A program made the position numbers and the translations under genes. The notes below the pieces were generated by a model, which made no database searches, was not told the DNA's origin, and saw only the letters and a list, made by a program, of their open reading frames with translations. A stretch of 60,989 nt of DNA, counting the filler. It is 6 parts of 6 records of this genome, joined end to end, with 100 filler letters (N's around TTAATTAATTAA, not from the genome) between each part and the next. Parts side by side here need not be neighbours in the genome. Positions count along the whole stretch, not along the records: positions 40,790 to 46,254 come from SRR31156797_18464; positions 46,355 to 52,308 come from SRR31156797_18466; positions 52,409 to 60,989 come from SRR31156797_18467; 3 more parts are not named here. One strand, given 5' to 3'. Positions 41,546 through 52,444 of this stretch are shown here, piece after piece (the stretch's first letter is position 1; every line of letters starts with the position of its first letter).

Positions 41546-44500
41546 ATGGAAGCGTACCAATACAAATACGGAGACCGGCCGCTCGAAGGATACACGATCG
41601 AGCGTGCGGCCGGACGGGGCGGCTTCGGCGAGGTCTATTATGCCATCAGTGACAGTGGCCGCCAGGTGGCGCTCAAGGTCGTGCAGAGCTACGAGCAGAT
41701 CGAGCTGCGCGGCATCACCCAGTGCATGAACCTCAAGAGCCCCCACCTGGTCACCGTCTTCGACGTCAAGCACAACGACCAGAACAAGCCTTTTGTCATC
41801 ATGGAATTCGTCTCCGGACCGGCGCTCAGCGATCTTTTGAAGGAGTCGCCGGGCGGGCTGGGCACGCAAAAAGCCGCTTTCTTCCTCCAGGAAATCGCCA
41901 AGGGCCTTTCCTACCTGCACGAATGTGGCATCGTCCACCGCGATCTCAAGCCCAGCAACATCTTCTACGAAAACGGCTATGTGAAGATCGGCGACTACGG
42001 TCTGACCAAGGCCATGAGCACGAGCCATCACGTCAGCCACACCATCACCGTTGGTACGGTTCACTACATGGCACCGGAGATCGGCGCCGGTAAGTACGAC
42101 CGCAGCGTCGATATCTACGCGTTGGGCGTGCTGCTCTATGAGATGCTCACCGGTCAGCTTCCGTTCCTCGGGGCCAGTCCGGCCGAGATTCTCATGAAGC
42201 ACATGACGGCGCTGCCCGAACTCGAACATATCGAGGAGCCTTTCCGCCGCGTCATTCGCAGGGCTCTGGCGAAAGACCCGGACGAGCGTTACCAGACGGT
42301 CCAGCAGATGGTCGAAGACGTCTTCGGCACCGAGCACATCCGCAACAGCGTCTCGCAGTTCGCGCCGGAGGAGCTTTCCGTCATCGCCAAGCAGGTGGCC
42401 CACAAAGTGGAGGCGGGCCAGCCGCACGGTGCCAAGGCGCCGGCCGGTGCCGCCGAGCCGGCGACGGACTTCAGCAAAGAGATCGGCAAGAAGGCCGAAT
42501 ACCTCGCCAAGAAGGTCGAGGTCATCGGTGGGCAGGTCGCCGAGAAGCTCAAGACCGCCAAGCAGCGGGCCGAGCAGGCGAAGGCGAGCGGGCAGAACCG
42601 TGTGACAATAGCCGACCCGATTGCGCCGGCACAGCGGCGGACCCTGGCCCTGATGACAATGGTCGCGGTGGCAGTGGGCGCGGGGATCTTCACCGACGGC
42701 GAGTTTGGCGCTGCGGCTGCGGTTTTCATCATGGTGGGCCTGGCCTCCAAGATCATTCTCTATTCGCGCCGGCAGTGGTGGTCCAATCTCGATGAGGATT
42801 CCCGCTGGCTGGGTAAAGGGGCTACCTGCCTCGGCGCGGCTTTCGCGGCCGTTGCCGTCTCGGCGCTGGCGGCCGGGATCTTCGGCGGGATGCCCGAGCA
42901 CCGCGGGGGACCGTTCTGGGGGATGAACCCGTTGCGGTGGCTCCCCTTCATGCGAGGGTTTGGCATCGGTGGTGCCAGCGTTCTGGCCCTGGCCGTGCCG
43001 ATGCTGCTGGTGGATTGGTGGGGCCTGAGCGACCCGAAGCGCGAGAAGCGCGTGGAATTGGGCCCGGCCCTGTGGGCCGGCTTCCTGGGCTATGTCGGAG
43101 GCAGTATGTTCGGCATGCCCCCCGTCGTGGCCGCCTGCACGCTGGCGGGAATCGCCCTGGTCGTGCAAACGCTCAGCCCCTGTGGCAAACCGGTGCAAGG
43201 TCTTCATGAGCCCAAGGTGAAGAAGCGGAAATCCGGCCGCGGCGGCGTCGCGGTTCAGCCCGTCCCGGGGTACGCCCGCTCGCTGTGGCTGATCGGCTGG
43301 CTGGTGAGCATCGGACTGGGGTTGTTTCTGTGCATTATGGGTGGCACGAGCCTGCACGGCGACGACTTCGCCCTGGCGATCGCCTTCGGCGTGGACGCCT
43401 TCATCCTCTCGGCTCTGTGTTTCATCATGATGTTCCGCGGCACCTTTTCGGGTTGGTACCGCTATCTCGTTCGACCGGGGCTGATGACACTTTGTGTCCA
43501 GACCACGGTTGCGGCGTCCATCCTGATGGGCAACATGAACATGGGTGGTGATGAGAAGGCGATTGCGCTCTTCTTCATCATCTTCCCCAATTTCGTCTTC
43601 CTTGCGCTGCTCTTCATACCGCCGCGGGTTTTCGGCGCAGCCAAAGTGACCGGGGACAAGTTGCCGTCGGTTTCACCCAAAGGCGCTGCGCCACTCGGCG
43701 CCGGTTCGCCGGCGAAGCGGACGTGGGCTTTGGTTCTGGCCCTCGTTCCGTTGATCCCGGGTCTGCAACTGTGCGGCTTGCATCGTTTCTATGTCGGCAA
43801 GATCGGGACGGGTATTCTCTGGCTGTTTACGCTCGGTCTGTTTGGCATCGGCCAGTTGATCGACATCATCATGATCATCACCGGGCAATTTGAGGATCGG
43901 AATGGTCTTCCCGTGGTGAACTGGCACGATCCGACCACTGTTGCCGCAAACGTCCCTCAGGGTGGCGGAGTTGCGGCGGTTGCCGCGGCGCCGGCGAGCG
44001 CCCAGGCCCAGCCGGCGGCTGAGCCCGTTCACGCCGAAGAGGCTCCTGCGCAGCCGGCTCACGAAGAGCCGCCGTCATCGCCTTCCTATGCGAGCACGGG
44101 GACGATTATCTACGAGCCGTGGCATCCGTTTAGCGGCCTGATTGCCGCGCTGGGCCACATCTTCCTGCTGGGGGCCATTCTCGTGGGCTTGGCTATCGGC
44201 TTGCGTTTGCCTTCGATGGTAGCGGCCGGTTTGCCCGAGCCGGGGGTCGCGCGCCGACTCGAACAAGCTTTCGGCTATGCCGAATGGCCGGGGTTGGTGG
44301 AAAAGGGGGGTGTCCTGCTGATCGTCGCCCTGCTATTCGTGGCCGCGGTGCTCATCATGATCGGCCGACGCAAGTCCGGGGCGGCACACGTCATTCGAGC
44401 CTTGCTCGGTTTGGGGGGCTTCTTCGGAGCCATACAGCTTTTCCGTAGCGAGGTCGTGTCGTCCAGTGAAATCCAGGGCATTGTCAAACTGATCCAACAG

Positions 44501-44665
44501 AAGCAGGTGGGCCTGGGGCTGGAGCGACTGTTCGGTGCCCTGGGCCAGGAAGAGGCCATTTTCGCCGGCGTCATTGCGCTGATCTCCGTGATTATACTGG
44601 CCTGGCCCCCGCGCCGCCAAACACCCGTCTTCGCACCGATGCCCAATCAGGGGGTGGTCCTATGA
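41546..44665 (+). CDS. Hanks-type Ser/Thr kinase with a multi-pass membrane region and a TM2 domain
   Basis: [35 protein letters not shown]2 motif [30 protein letters not shown]. Confidence 0.92.
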   Translation: MEAYQYKYGDRPLEGYTIERAAGRGGFGEVYYAISDSGRQVALKVVQSYEQIELRGITQCMNLKSPHLVTVFDVKHNDQNKPFVIMEFVSGPALSDLLKESPGGLGTQKAAFFLQEIAKGLSYLHECGIVHRDLKPSNIFYENGYVKIGDYGLTKAMSTSHHVSHTITVGTVHYMAPEIGAGKYDRSVDIYALGVLLYEMLTGQLPFLGASPAEILMKHMTALPELEHIEEPFRRVIRRALAKDPDERYQTVQQMVEDVFGTEHIRNSVSQFAPEELSVIAKQVAHKVEAGQPHGAKAPAGAAEPATDFSKEIGKKAEYLAKKVEVIGGQVAEKLKTAKQRAEQAKASGQNRVTIADPIAPAQRRTLALMTMVAVAVGAGIFTDGEFGAAAAVFIMVGLASKIILYSRRQWWSNLDEDSRWLGKGATCLGAAFAAVAVSALAAGIFGGMPEHRGGPFWGMNPLRWLPFMRGFGIGGASVLALAVPMLLVDWWGLSDPKREKRVELGPALWAGFLGYVGGSMFGMPPVVAACTLAGIALVVQTLSPCGKPVQGLHEPKVKKRKSGRGGVAVQPVPGYARSLWLIGWLVSIGLGLFLCIMGGTSLHGDDFALAIAFGVDAFILSALCFIMMFRGTFSGWYRYLVRPGLMTLCVQTTVAASILMGNMNMGGDEKAIALFFIIFPNFVFLALLFIPPRVFGAAKVTGDKLPSVSPKGAAPLGAGSPAKRTWALVLALVPLIPGLQLCGLHRFYVGKIGTGILWLFTLGLFGIGQLIDIIMIITGQFEDRNGLPVVNWHDPTTVAANVPQGGGVAAVAAAPASAQAQPAAEPVHAEEAPAQPAHEEPPSSPSYASTGTIIYEPWHPFSGLIAALGHIFLLGAILVGLAIGLRLPSMVAAGLPEPGVARRLEQAFGYAEWPGLVEKGGVLLIVALLFVAAVLIMIGRRKSGAAHVIRALLGLGGFFGAIQLFRSEVVSSSEIQGIVKLIQQKQVGLGLERLFGALGQEEAIFAGVIALISVIILAWPPRRQTPVFAPMPNQGVVL

Positions 44666-46131
44666 TTCCAGTATTCGGCATTTCGATTCCGTTCATCTTT
44701 GTCCTGCTCATCCTGCTGCTGACCAAGACGCCCAAACTAGGGGTGTGGGTCGTCGGCGGGCTGATCATGGCGGTCGTCTTCGGCGCCCTGATTCTTCTGC
44801 CCATTGCCGTGCATGATGGTCTCGTGCCGGCCCCGCGTGGTGATGCAGCACCGCTCCTGGGCATTACGGTTCCATTCTTCTTCGTGCTGCTGATCCTCTT
44901 GTTGAACAAGGCGCCAAAGGTGGGGGCCGGCGTGATCGTCGGCGTTGTCCTCATGGGCCTGGGCGGTGCCGTTCTGTGGCTGGGCGCCTCACGCCCGCGT
45001 GCGGTGCACACGCAGAGCATTGTGGGCCCGGGAGGCCGCATCCGCATCAGGCAGCAGACTGAGTCCAACGATGGTATTGCCGTGGTGGATCGGAACTCTG
45101 ACAGGGTATACGAGGACCTCGTGCAGGTGCCATCACGCCCGGTTATGCCTCCCTCGCCTGTCGGGCCAACACCCGTTGTCACCCCCGAGCCGGCGGTTGC
45201 GAGTCCGATCTGGTCGGAGGGGGTGGAGAACGAATACGAGGCGGACATTTATCCCTCCAAGCTGGCAGCCGTGCGGGCGCTGGGCCAGCGTATGCGCAGG
45301 CCACTCGAACGAGTGATCGCCGATATGAACACGGCCACGAAGATCGTTCTCTTTCTGGCCGAGAGTGACGGGGCACTGGCCGGGCCGTTCAAACAGGCGA
45401 TTGCCGAGACGCTGCCCGAGGTTCCGTGTTCGGTCCTGTTCGGGTCGCGAAACATCGACGCCAATGAGATCGGCATCACGCTTCGATCCGCTCATGTGGC
45501 AGATTCGAGTCAGCCTCTGGGCCGCCGGGTCAAGGCCACGGTTTGGGCCAGTGCCCGCCATCGAGATTGGGAGGCGACCGTCAGGCAGGACTTTATTGAC
45601 AAGCCCTGGATGGAGAACTTCTCCAGCTTTGCCAGCAGTAACCCGCTTCAGCAGTTTATCGTGGCACGATCGTGGGAGACCTGCACGAGTCCGGCTGAGG
45701 CCGGAAACCAGGTCCTTCAAGATGCCGCGGCCAAACTACAGCAAAAAATCGGCAAGAAATGGATCATCCCGGGAGTGGAGGAGGCTTTGACTGTCGGTCC
45801 GCGGGAGGTGGAGAATGGAGGGTTCATTGTGGACCGGTTCCTGCAGAGCTTTGACGGCGTCTCGGGCAGATTCTGGCGACACGCCATGCTGATCGACGCC
45901 TCGCCCGAGAAACTGAAGCGGCTCGATGCGCGCATGAGCCAGATGGCCCAGACCACGCGGATGAGTTGGGCCGGCATGGTTCTCTCGGCCGTCGGCGTCC
46001 TGGTCGTCATTGTTGCAAGCTACCTCTTCCTAAACATGGCCACCCGAGGTTATTATGTATGGTCGTTGCGGGTCGCCGGGACCGTCCTGGCGATTGCCGG
46101 CATCGTTTCGATCATTCTGGTCCTGAGGTGA
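44662..46131 (+). CDS. Membrane protein with a duplicated N-terminal TM unit and a large soluble domain
   Basis: Overlaps the kinase stop; C-terminal TMs with [12 protein letters not shown]. Confidence 0.75.
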   Translation: MIPVFGISIPFIFVLLILLLTKTPKLGVWVVGGLIMAVVFGALILLPIAVHDGLVPAPRGDAAPLLGITVPFFFVLLILLLNKAPKVGAGVIVGVVLMGLGGAVLWLGASRPRAVHTQSIVGPGGRIRIRQQTESNDGIAVVDRNSDRVYEDLVQVPSRPVMPPSPVGPTPVVTPEPAVASPIWSEGVENEYEADIYPSKLAAVRALGQRMRRPLERVIADMNTATKIVLFLAESDGALAGPFKQAIAETLPEVPCSVLFGSRNIDANEIGITLRSAHVADSSQPLGRRVKATVWASARHRDWEATVRQDFIDKPWMENFSSFASSNPLQQFIVARSWETCTSPAEAGNQVLQDAAAKLQQKIGKKWIIPGVEEALTVGPREVENGGFIVDRFLQSFDGVSGRFWRHAMLIDASPEKLKRLDARMSQMAQTTRMSWAGMVLSAVGVLVVIVASYLFLNMATRGYYVWSLRVAGTVLAIAGIVSIILVLR

Positions 46132-46169
46132 CAGCGCTACCTCGGGACATGCAGAGGTCCAAGAGGTAG

Positions 46170-46254
46170 ATGGATAAGGTTTCCCAGCCAGAACAGTACT
46201 TTCTCGACAAGATCCGGCAGGGCGATCAGCAGGCCTGGTCGGATTTCGTCGGTC
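46170..46254 (+). CDS. Probable ECF sigma factor N-terminus, truncated (not in the ORF track)
   Basis: GAGG RBS then MDKVSQPEQYFLDKIRQGDQQAWSDFVG, a typical ECF region 1.2/2.1 start. Only 28 codons are visible. Confidence 0.6.
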
Positions 46255-46354
46255 NNNNNNNNNNNNNNNNNNNNNNNNNNNNNNNNNNNNNNNNNNNNTT
46301 AATTAATTAANNNNNNNNNNNNNNNNNNNNNNNNNNNNNNNNNNNNNNNNNNNN
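46255..46354. other. Artificial contig spacer
   Basis: N-run, TTAATTAATTAA, N-run. Confidence 0.99.
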
Positions 46355-46426
46355 GGAGAATTAAACTCAATCACGATTAAATAAATTATCTTTAAAATCA
46401 ACGTATATAACTAAACTTCTCACACG

Positions 46427-46810
46427 CTAACACGAGTTAGTTAGGTTTACAATAAATGAGAATTAATAATTATTCTCTTCTAAACTCTATACAATTATAA
46501 AAACAAGTTTTTCTTTCAACTTTAATTTACTCATATCTTTTGCTTTAAACTCATTTTTTTAGATATTGATTGCTTTTATTATAATACCTTTTTTATATCC
46601 TGCTAGTTTTTGCTTATGTCTTCAAAGTTCAACATAAGTTTACTAACACGAGTTAGGTGTTTTTATAAAAATAAAGCATCTATTAATATGCAACATCCGT
46701 CTACTATTTATTTTTCTATCTAAAACTATAATTAACCCAACTAACTAACGCGAGTTAGAGGACTCTATAAAAATAAAGCGCTTATTACCACGCATCATTA
46801 GTTTACTATC
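46427..46810. repeat. Three copies of the palindrome CTAAC-RCGA-GTTAG, with extended similarity between copies 2 and 3
   Basis: Copies at 46427-46440, 46643-46656 and 46745-46758. Copies 2 and 3 are both followed by N7-TATAAAAATAAAGC...TACTAT. Confidence 0.8.
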
Positions 46811-46937
46811 TGAATTTCAATTTGTCAAGAGTATAAGTTGTTTTTTTCTCTTGTACTAGAAATAAAATCTAAGATAATTGTTAATTTGATTAGAATTTAA
46901 AAGTGTTAAAAGCATTTTCAGTATTTCTATAATTTAT

Positions 46938-46980
46938 AAAAAAACTCCTCTACATATTAACTTTGTAGAGGAGTTTTTTT
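46938..46980. terminator. Bidirectional intrinsic terminator
   Basis: A-tract, CTCCTCTACA...TGTAGAGGAG, T-tract, at the binding-protein stop. Confidence 0.85.
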
Positions 46981-47701
46981 AGTCATATTTATTTAAAATT
47001 GCATTATAATTTTCTTTGTTCAATTTTAACTTATCAAGGGCTTCCTGAAATGCAAATGCCTGAACAGAGTTAGATTTTGGAAAAGCTATATATCTGTTAA
47101 CTGCTTTTAATGGTTTCTCTAAAATTTCAATTTCATCCAGTATTTTCATTTTTTTTGCTTCATGAAGCATGACTTTTTCATCCCCAATAATCAAATCAAC
47201 TCTTTTACCAAGTAACTTTCTCAGTAACATCTCATTGTCAACAACAGATTCGATTTTAACTAAATAATCAGCATTTTCAAACTCTTCCGGATAAGCATAA
47301 CCTGATATGGTTCCTACAGAAAGTCCTGACAAGTCTTCTAAGTTTTCATATTCAATTTTTGAATTTTTTCTTACTATAAATACCGTTTTGCCCTCCTGAA
47401 CAGGCCCGGCCATGATATAACTGTCAAACCTCTCCGGACTCTCTACCCACGGTAGAGACATAGTAACAAATTCATTCTCCGTAGATGACATTACCCTTTT
47501 CCAAGGATATGATATGAATTTATAATGTATATTTATAGAGTCCAATACTTCTTTTACAATTTCCACATAACTGCCTTTAGCCTCTCCATCTTCTACATAT
47601 GAGTATGGAGGAAAACTTTCGTCAACAGCTATTTCCCATCTTTCTGCAGATATAGTTAGAACTGATAGTGTAAATACAATATATATCAACATTTTTCTCA
47701 T
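46979..47701 (-). CDS. Orphan family-3 substrate-binding protein
   Basis: FPPYSY...G..VEIV, YPWKR, LEDLSGLSVG...GYAY, LLGKRVD. Confidence 0.85.
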   Translation of the reverse strand: MRKMLIYIVFTLSVLTISAERWEIAVDESFPPYSYVEDGEAKGSYVEIVKEVLDSINIHYKFISYPWKRVMSSTENEFVTMSLPWVESPERFDSYIMAGPVQEGKTVFIVRKNSKIEYENLEDLSGLSVGTISGYAYPEEFENADYLVKIESVVDNEMLLRKLLGKRVDLIIGDEKVMLHEAKKMKILDEIEILEKPLKAVNRYIAFPKSNSVQAFAFQEALDKLKLNKENYNAILNKYD

Positions 47702-48103
47702 TTTAATCTACCCCCAATTAAGTGAAGCTTTAATTGAAATTATTTATTTAATAATTTATAATTCACTATAAACCTGTACGTATAATAACATACAGTACAG
47801 GAATTGAAAAGTGATTTTTTGGTAATTATTTTATTCACTAAAACTATGTTAATACATTTAATTTACATTTTCTAATTAAATACATCAAAACTAAAAAGAA
47901 AGTTGTAATTTACAAATACAACTTCCCTAATAAGTCTTGCATATTTAATTGCATTACATTTCAAAATTATTTCAAAGTTGTTTCCTATAATTATATAAAA
48001 CAATTAAATAAATTGAAAGTTAAGTAAAAAAGTAATAAAAATACCATAAATAATACTATTTTTACCCAAATATTTTCTCAAACTATTCTTCACTTCTGAC
48101 CAA

Positions 48104-48505
48104 TTATTTTTCGAATAAATTATATTGATCAACGTCAATATAAGCCCCTATTGATCCCAAGAGCATGAGTTGATCATTTTCTAAAGAAAATCCTCCAGAG
48201 CTATATCCATGATATATAACTATCTCAAATACATATTCGAACTCAGGATATTTTTTTCTTAATAATATCAATTTATCTTTTAAAGTAAATAAAATTGTGA
48301 TTACTCTAGCTATTTTTTCATCAATATTTGGACTTTCATTTTTTGGAGTTCCAAGTTGCCAAGTTGTGCATTTTGGAATAATTCCTTTTGAATGTATTTT
48401 ATTAAATTTAGTAGGGGTTATTCCTAAATAATTTGATATCATTTCCTCTTCTATTGATTTATTCTCAGTTTTTATTGCAAAATATACATATGATTCTGTC
48501 TCCAT
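48104..48505 (-). CDS. DUF4279-like small protein
   Basis: YVYFAI...ISNYLGITPT...W.L...L..IGA.IDVD.Y pattern; GGAG RBS. Confidence 0.65.
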   Translation of the reverse strand: METESYVYFAIKTENKSIEEEMISNYLGITPTKFNKIHSKGIIPKCTTWQLGTPKNESPNIDEKIARVITILFTLKDKLILLRKKYPEFEYVFEIVIYHGYSSGGFSLENDQLMLLGSIGAYIDVDQYNLFEK

Positions 48506-48522
48506 TTTTTTTACTCCTTTTA

Positions 48523-49470
48523 CTAATCGATTTTCGACCATTTAATATATTTTTTATGCGCAATATCTCCATAGATACTTTCCATTTTATAATCTAATGT
48601 TTCAAAAAAGCTTGAATTAGTATTAAATGTCAAATCAACTTGTTCAACGAATTCAGTCATACTTGTTCTTTCGTATATCTTTTCCTCATTTTCAATTCGA
48701 TAAGTGTTTATTACTGACTTCTCCAACACTTCCTCAGTAACTTCTGTATTAATAGTTAAGTCATAATGTTTTTCTGTTTCATCATTAAGATTGCAAACAT
48801 ATGTTACAGCAAGTTCATCTTTATTCCAAAACTCATTTGCTGCTATACTATAAAACGTTTCTCCGTATCTGGAGAATTCTACTCCATAATATGCAAATAT
48901 AGGTTGATATAAATCTGTTATTGCAGTTGCCAATCTATACTCATTTTTAACTGTCTCTTGTAGTTGTTTTACCACTTTATTTTTACTTATATCTATATTT
49001 TTACCTTTAGCTTTTTTCTCTATATGCTCATTCATTGCTTTTTTAATTTGACTAATATTTGTTATTCTCTTAAATTCGCCTTCTTGTGTTACAGAAAATG
49101 TTATTGGTGTTTTTAAGAATACATCTTCAAAAGCTTTACTCACAGCTTTATGCTTCACACTTTCATCAAAATTGATTTCTAATACTTTAAGTTCTATTAA
49201 ATAGCTTGTTTTATAAATATCCTTTACTCTTAAATCTACAATATATTTATTTTTTATTGATGTATCTGTAAATGCACCCTTACTTTTTGCACGAGTAACT
49301 TCAATTTCATATTTATTTCCACTATTCTTTTGGAAATTTGGCTTCAAAACTATTTCCTTCTCTACATCACTCTTAGAAAGTTTTTGAGCTTTATTTGAAG
49401 TTTCACTCGAAGTACATCCAAACATTAAAATAATTGCACATAATAATACTCCTAATAATCTTTTGTTCAT
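48523..49470 (-). CDS. Hypothetical lipoprotein
   Basis: Lipobox LMFGC after a hydrophobic signal. Confidence 0.7.
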   Translation of the reverse strand: MNKRLLGVLLCAIILMFGCTSSETSNKAQKLSKSDVEKEIVLKPNFQKNSGNKYEIEVTRAKSKGAFTDTSIKNKYIVDLRVKDIYKTSYLIELKVLEINFDESVKHKAVSKAFEDVFLKTPITFSVTQEGEFKRITNISQIKKAMNEHIEKKAKGKNIDISKNKVVKQLQETVKNEYRLATAITDLYQPIFAYYGVEFSRYGETFYSIAANEFWNKDELAVTYVCNLNDETEKHYDLTINTEVTEEVLEKSVINTYRIENEEKIYERTSMTEFVEQVDLTFNTNSSFFETLDYKMESIYGDIAHKKYIKWSKID

Positions 49471-49600
49471 TCTTTCTGTCTCCTTATTAGTTATTTTATT
49501 TGATTCCACACTTTTATAAGTATAACATATTTTACAGTCATTTAGACACTTTTTTTGATTCCAAATATACTCTTGTAAAACTTTAAATTCCGAATTACAT

Positions 49601-49633
49601 AAAAAAATGATGTATCTAATACATCATTTTTTT
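49601..49633. terminator. Intrinsic terminator-like hairpin
   Basis: AAAAAAATGATGTAT-CTA-ATACATCATTTTTTT inverted repeat at the phosphatase stop. Confidence 0.75.
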
Positions 49634-51710
49634 AGACTCTAAATCCAACTACCGTTATATCATCACGTTGCTCATTATCCTTCATATATTCAATTAGACT
49701 TTCCTCGAGAATAGATTTTTGATACTTGAGTTTTGCCTGATTAATCTCCTCTAGTAGATTAATTATTCGCTTTCTACCAAAACTTTTATTGTGCTCTCCA
49801 CCATTTTGATCTTCGAATCCGTCAGACATAAAGTAAAATACTTGATTTTCATCTATAGAAATTTCGGTACTGGAATACTGATAATTAAGTTTTGATCTTT
49901 TGAAACCTATGCTTTGTCTGTTTCCCTTAACTGATAAAATATTCTTATTTGAATCACTATAATATAGATTAATCTTAGCACCGGAATAGATGAGTTTCCT
50001 CTCATTCTTTTTGATAAGGCAGAGGCCAATGTCAAATCCTTCATCTATATTTTTATTAGTTTTTTTCTTAGTAAAATGTGATTTTATAATTAAATTAACT
50101 TGATGAAGTATTTTATCTGGTCTTTTATCTTTAATATGAGTCGTTACGGAATCAAGAACAGCATTTGCCATCATTGACATCAAGGCACCCGGGACACCAT
50201 GTCCACTGCAATCAACTACAGCAAATAAATAACCATCATCAATCTCTTTTCCCCAATAAAAATCTCCACCTACAATATCTCTAGGTTTATATATTATAAA
50301 ATACTCCCTAATATGTTTTTTTATCTCATCAACATGAGTTAAAATTGAATTTTGAATTATCTCCGCATATTCAATACTTGAGATCATTTCATCATTTTTA
50401 GCTTCTAAAGCAGAATTGATGAGCTCAATCTCTTCTGTTCTTTCTTTTACAATGACTTCTAAACCTTCATTATACACTTTTAACTCATCTGATAATTTCT
50501 CTGATAAATATAAAGCACTAGTAAATTTCTTTGCAAGAAGTATCACGTGGATAAATAAAAACAAAATTAATGCAAAAGGTGTTAAGTGCATTGAGCTGAT
50601 AATTAAATGCTCATTTAATATATCATTTATCACTCCGAGAAAAATAAAAAGAAATCCAAAAAGAAAATATTTCGATACCTCCAGTTTCCAATTAATTAAA
50701 ATAATCATCATACTATAAAGGATTGATGTTACTACATAAAATTCAAATAGAGTGATCGTATATTTAAGAACAAACTGATTGGAAAAAATAAAAACCGCTC
50801 CTGTTAAAATATAACCAATTACTAACAATAGATAAAACACTACATTTTCATTCTTTGATTTATAATATTCTCTCAAATATAATAGAAATAGAGGAACTGC
50901 AATATATGCACTTGCTATTTCAAGTTTCGTAAAAAATGAATATGTATACTCGAAGTTTATATAGTGAAGTAATCTTTCATTTATCAAAATCGCTCTCAAG
51001 GCTAGTGTAAAAGTAAACAATGAAAAATATAGACTTGATTTCTCTCGAGTCCTTAGCATGTATAACATTAAATGATAAAAAGCCATAAAAAGAATGATGC
51101 CAAATATAATTGCATCAAATAAGATACTCTTTATCTTTCTCTTCATAATTTTTTGTGCCTCACCAAGAATAAGAGCTTCCGTCAATCCGCCTTTATGACT
51201 ATCAAAACTGGCAACATGAAATATCAATTCTGTATTATTTTTTTTAGCTTCAAAATAGTAGGCTCTGGGTAGAAGGGATTTTCTCCAAAACTTTTTTTCA
51301 TTCGAAATCTTTCCATTTTCAAATATTTGCTCTCCATTAATATATATTTTATACGAATTAATTATTTCCCCTACGCTTATTCCATATTGTTCCCCTTCTT
51401 TTAGTCCTTTGATTATTAAACGATAGCTTGCATAACCTTCATCTTTGGAGATTTCAGCTGAATCAGTCCAAGAATTAGGCACATTGATAAAATCTTTATG
51501 ACTCCTATCAGATTTAGCATCTATAAACTCCATCCAATAAAATTCATATACACCACTAATTCTAACAACTGATTTGCTAAAATCAACTGTTTTCAGATTT
51601 ACTGCTCCACGTTTTGCCATTACCTTTATAGTATTAGAGTTTGCCAAACTCAAAGTGAATATTACAAAAAATATTATTAATATTCGTATTTTTTTAGTAA
51701 TCATAGACAA
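49632..51710 (-). CDS. 7TM-DISM sensor fused to a SpoIIE/PP2C phosphatase
   Basis: Extracellular FYW...VPNSW...GYASYRL domain, about seven TMs, VGGDFYW, DCSGHGVPGA, SDGF.DQ.GG, QRDDIT. Confidence 0.9.
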   Translation of the reverse strand: MSMITKKIRILIIFFVIFTLSLANSNTIKVMAKRGAVNLKTVDFSKSVVRISGVYEFYWMEFIDAKSDRSHKDFINVPNSWTDSAEISKDEGYASYRLIIKGLKEGEQYGISVGEIINSYKIYINGEQIFENGKISNEKKFWRKSLLPRAYYFEAKKNNTELIFHVASFDSHKGGLTEALILGEAQKIMKRKIKSILFDAIIFGIILFMAFYHLMLYMLRTREKSSLYFSLFTFTLALRAILINERLLHYINFEYTYSFFTKLEIASAYIAVPLFLLYLREYYKSKNENVVFYLLLVIGYILTGAVFIFSNQFVLKYTITLFEFYVVTSILYSMMIILINWKLEVSKYFLFGFLFIFLGVINDILNEHLIISSMHLTPFALILFLFIHVILLAKKFTSALYLSEKLSDELKVYNEGLEVIVKERTEEIELINSALEAKNDEMISSIEYAEIIQNSILTHVDEIKKHIREYFIIYKPRDIVGGDFYWGKEIDDGYLFAVVDCSGHGVPGALMSMMANAVLDSVTTHIKDKRPDKILHQVNLIIKSHFTKKKTNKNIDEGFDIGLCLIKKNERKLIYSGAKINLYYSDSNKNILSVKGNRQSIGFKRSKLNYQYSSTEISIDENQVFYFMSDGFEDQNGGEHNKSFGRKRIINLLEEINQAKLKYQKSILEESLIEYMKDNEQRDDITVVGFRV

Positions 51711-51785
51711 ACACTCCCAAAATTAACCAAATTACTTCTCTATTCTAATTATAATTAATATTTTTATGATAATCAATTTATAAAT

Positions 51786-51828
51786 AAAAAATTCTCACCT
51801 ATGTTACTAACATAAGAGAGAATTTTTT
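51786..51828. terminator. Bidirectional intrinsic terminator
   Basis: AAAAAATTCTC..CTATGTTA/TAACATAAGAGAGAATTTTTT imperfect hairpin downstream of the GNAT gene. Confidence 0.7.
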
Positions 51829-51843
51829 ATGGATTATAAAGAG

Positions 51844-52248
51844 TTATTTCAACTTATGAAAATTTGTCACTTCAAATACCGAGCCTATTTTCTCATAATC
51901 TAATTTTGCATAATATCTATCAACATCAGACATTACAAAAACAGTGTAGTCAGGATAATCGTCATATATATGCTCCATCAACTCACGACCGATACTTTTA
52001 CCTCTGTAGGCAGGGGTTACCAATAGATCACAGACATAAATGTAAAATCCACAGTCATTAATTGAACGGGAATATCCACATATTTCATCCTCTTCATAAG
52101 CGACATATGTTATAGAATTTGATAGCGCAAGTCTATATTTATCTGACACATTTTCAGCAGAATAGCATTCCCACTCTTCGCCTTCTGCTTCAATTATTCT
52201 CATTAATTTGTCTTCATCACTTGTTTTATCATACTTTCTAATATACAT
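51844..52248 (-). CDS. GNAT acetyltransferase
   Basis: DLLVTPAYRGKSIGRELM acetyl-CoA motif; YY.KLDY. Confidence 0.9.
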   Translation of the reverse strand: MYIRKYDKTSDEDKLMRIIEAEGEEWECYSAENVSDKYRLALSNSITYVAYEEDEICGYSRSINDCGFYIYVCDLLVTPAYRGKSIGRELMEHIYDDYPDYTVFVMSDVDRYYAKLDYEKIGSVFEVTNFHKLK

Positions 52249-52308
52249 ATTTAGCCCCCTTATATCTCAAATGAAATGCTTATAATGAATGTTGTAAATC
52301 TTGGCACA

Positions 52309-52408
52309 NNNNNNNNNNNNNNNNNNNNNNNNNNNNNNNNNNNNNNNNNNNNTTAATTAATTAANNNNNNNNNNNNNNNNNNNNNNNNNNNNNNNNNNNN
52401 NNNNNNNN
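52309..52408. other. Artificial contig spacer
   Basis: N-run, TTAATTAATTAA, N-run. Confidence 0.99.
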
Positions 52409-52444
52409 CGATAGAACCCATTATGGGCTCGGCAAAGATATCCC
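52409..52444 (+). mobile_element. Short transposase (integrase-core type) fragment
   Basis: Encodes DRTHYGLGKDIP; 30/36 nt identical to the reverse complement of 56752-56787. Confidence 0.6.

Noticed and set aside
41510-43357. 615-aa minus-strand ORF, plus many other long antisense ORFs
   Set aside because: They are shadows of well-supported genes on the opposite strand in GC-rich DNA and show no recognisable motifs.
46427-46810. CRISPR array interpretation of the palindromic repeats
   Set aside because: The conserved core is only 14 bp, spacing is irregular (216 and 102 bp), the intervening sequences are partly similar to each other, and no cas genes are visible.
19301-52408. Five identical TTAATTAATTAA motifs inside N-runs, and apparent bacterial-archaeal gene juxtapositions
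   Set aside because: These are artificial six-frame-stop linkers joining unrelated contigs. They are not biological repeats or evidence of gene transfer.
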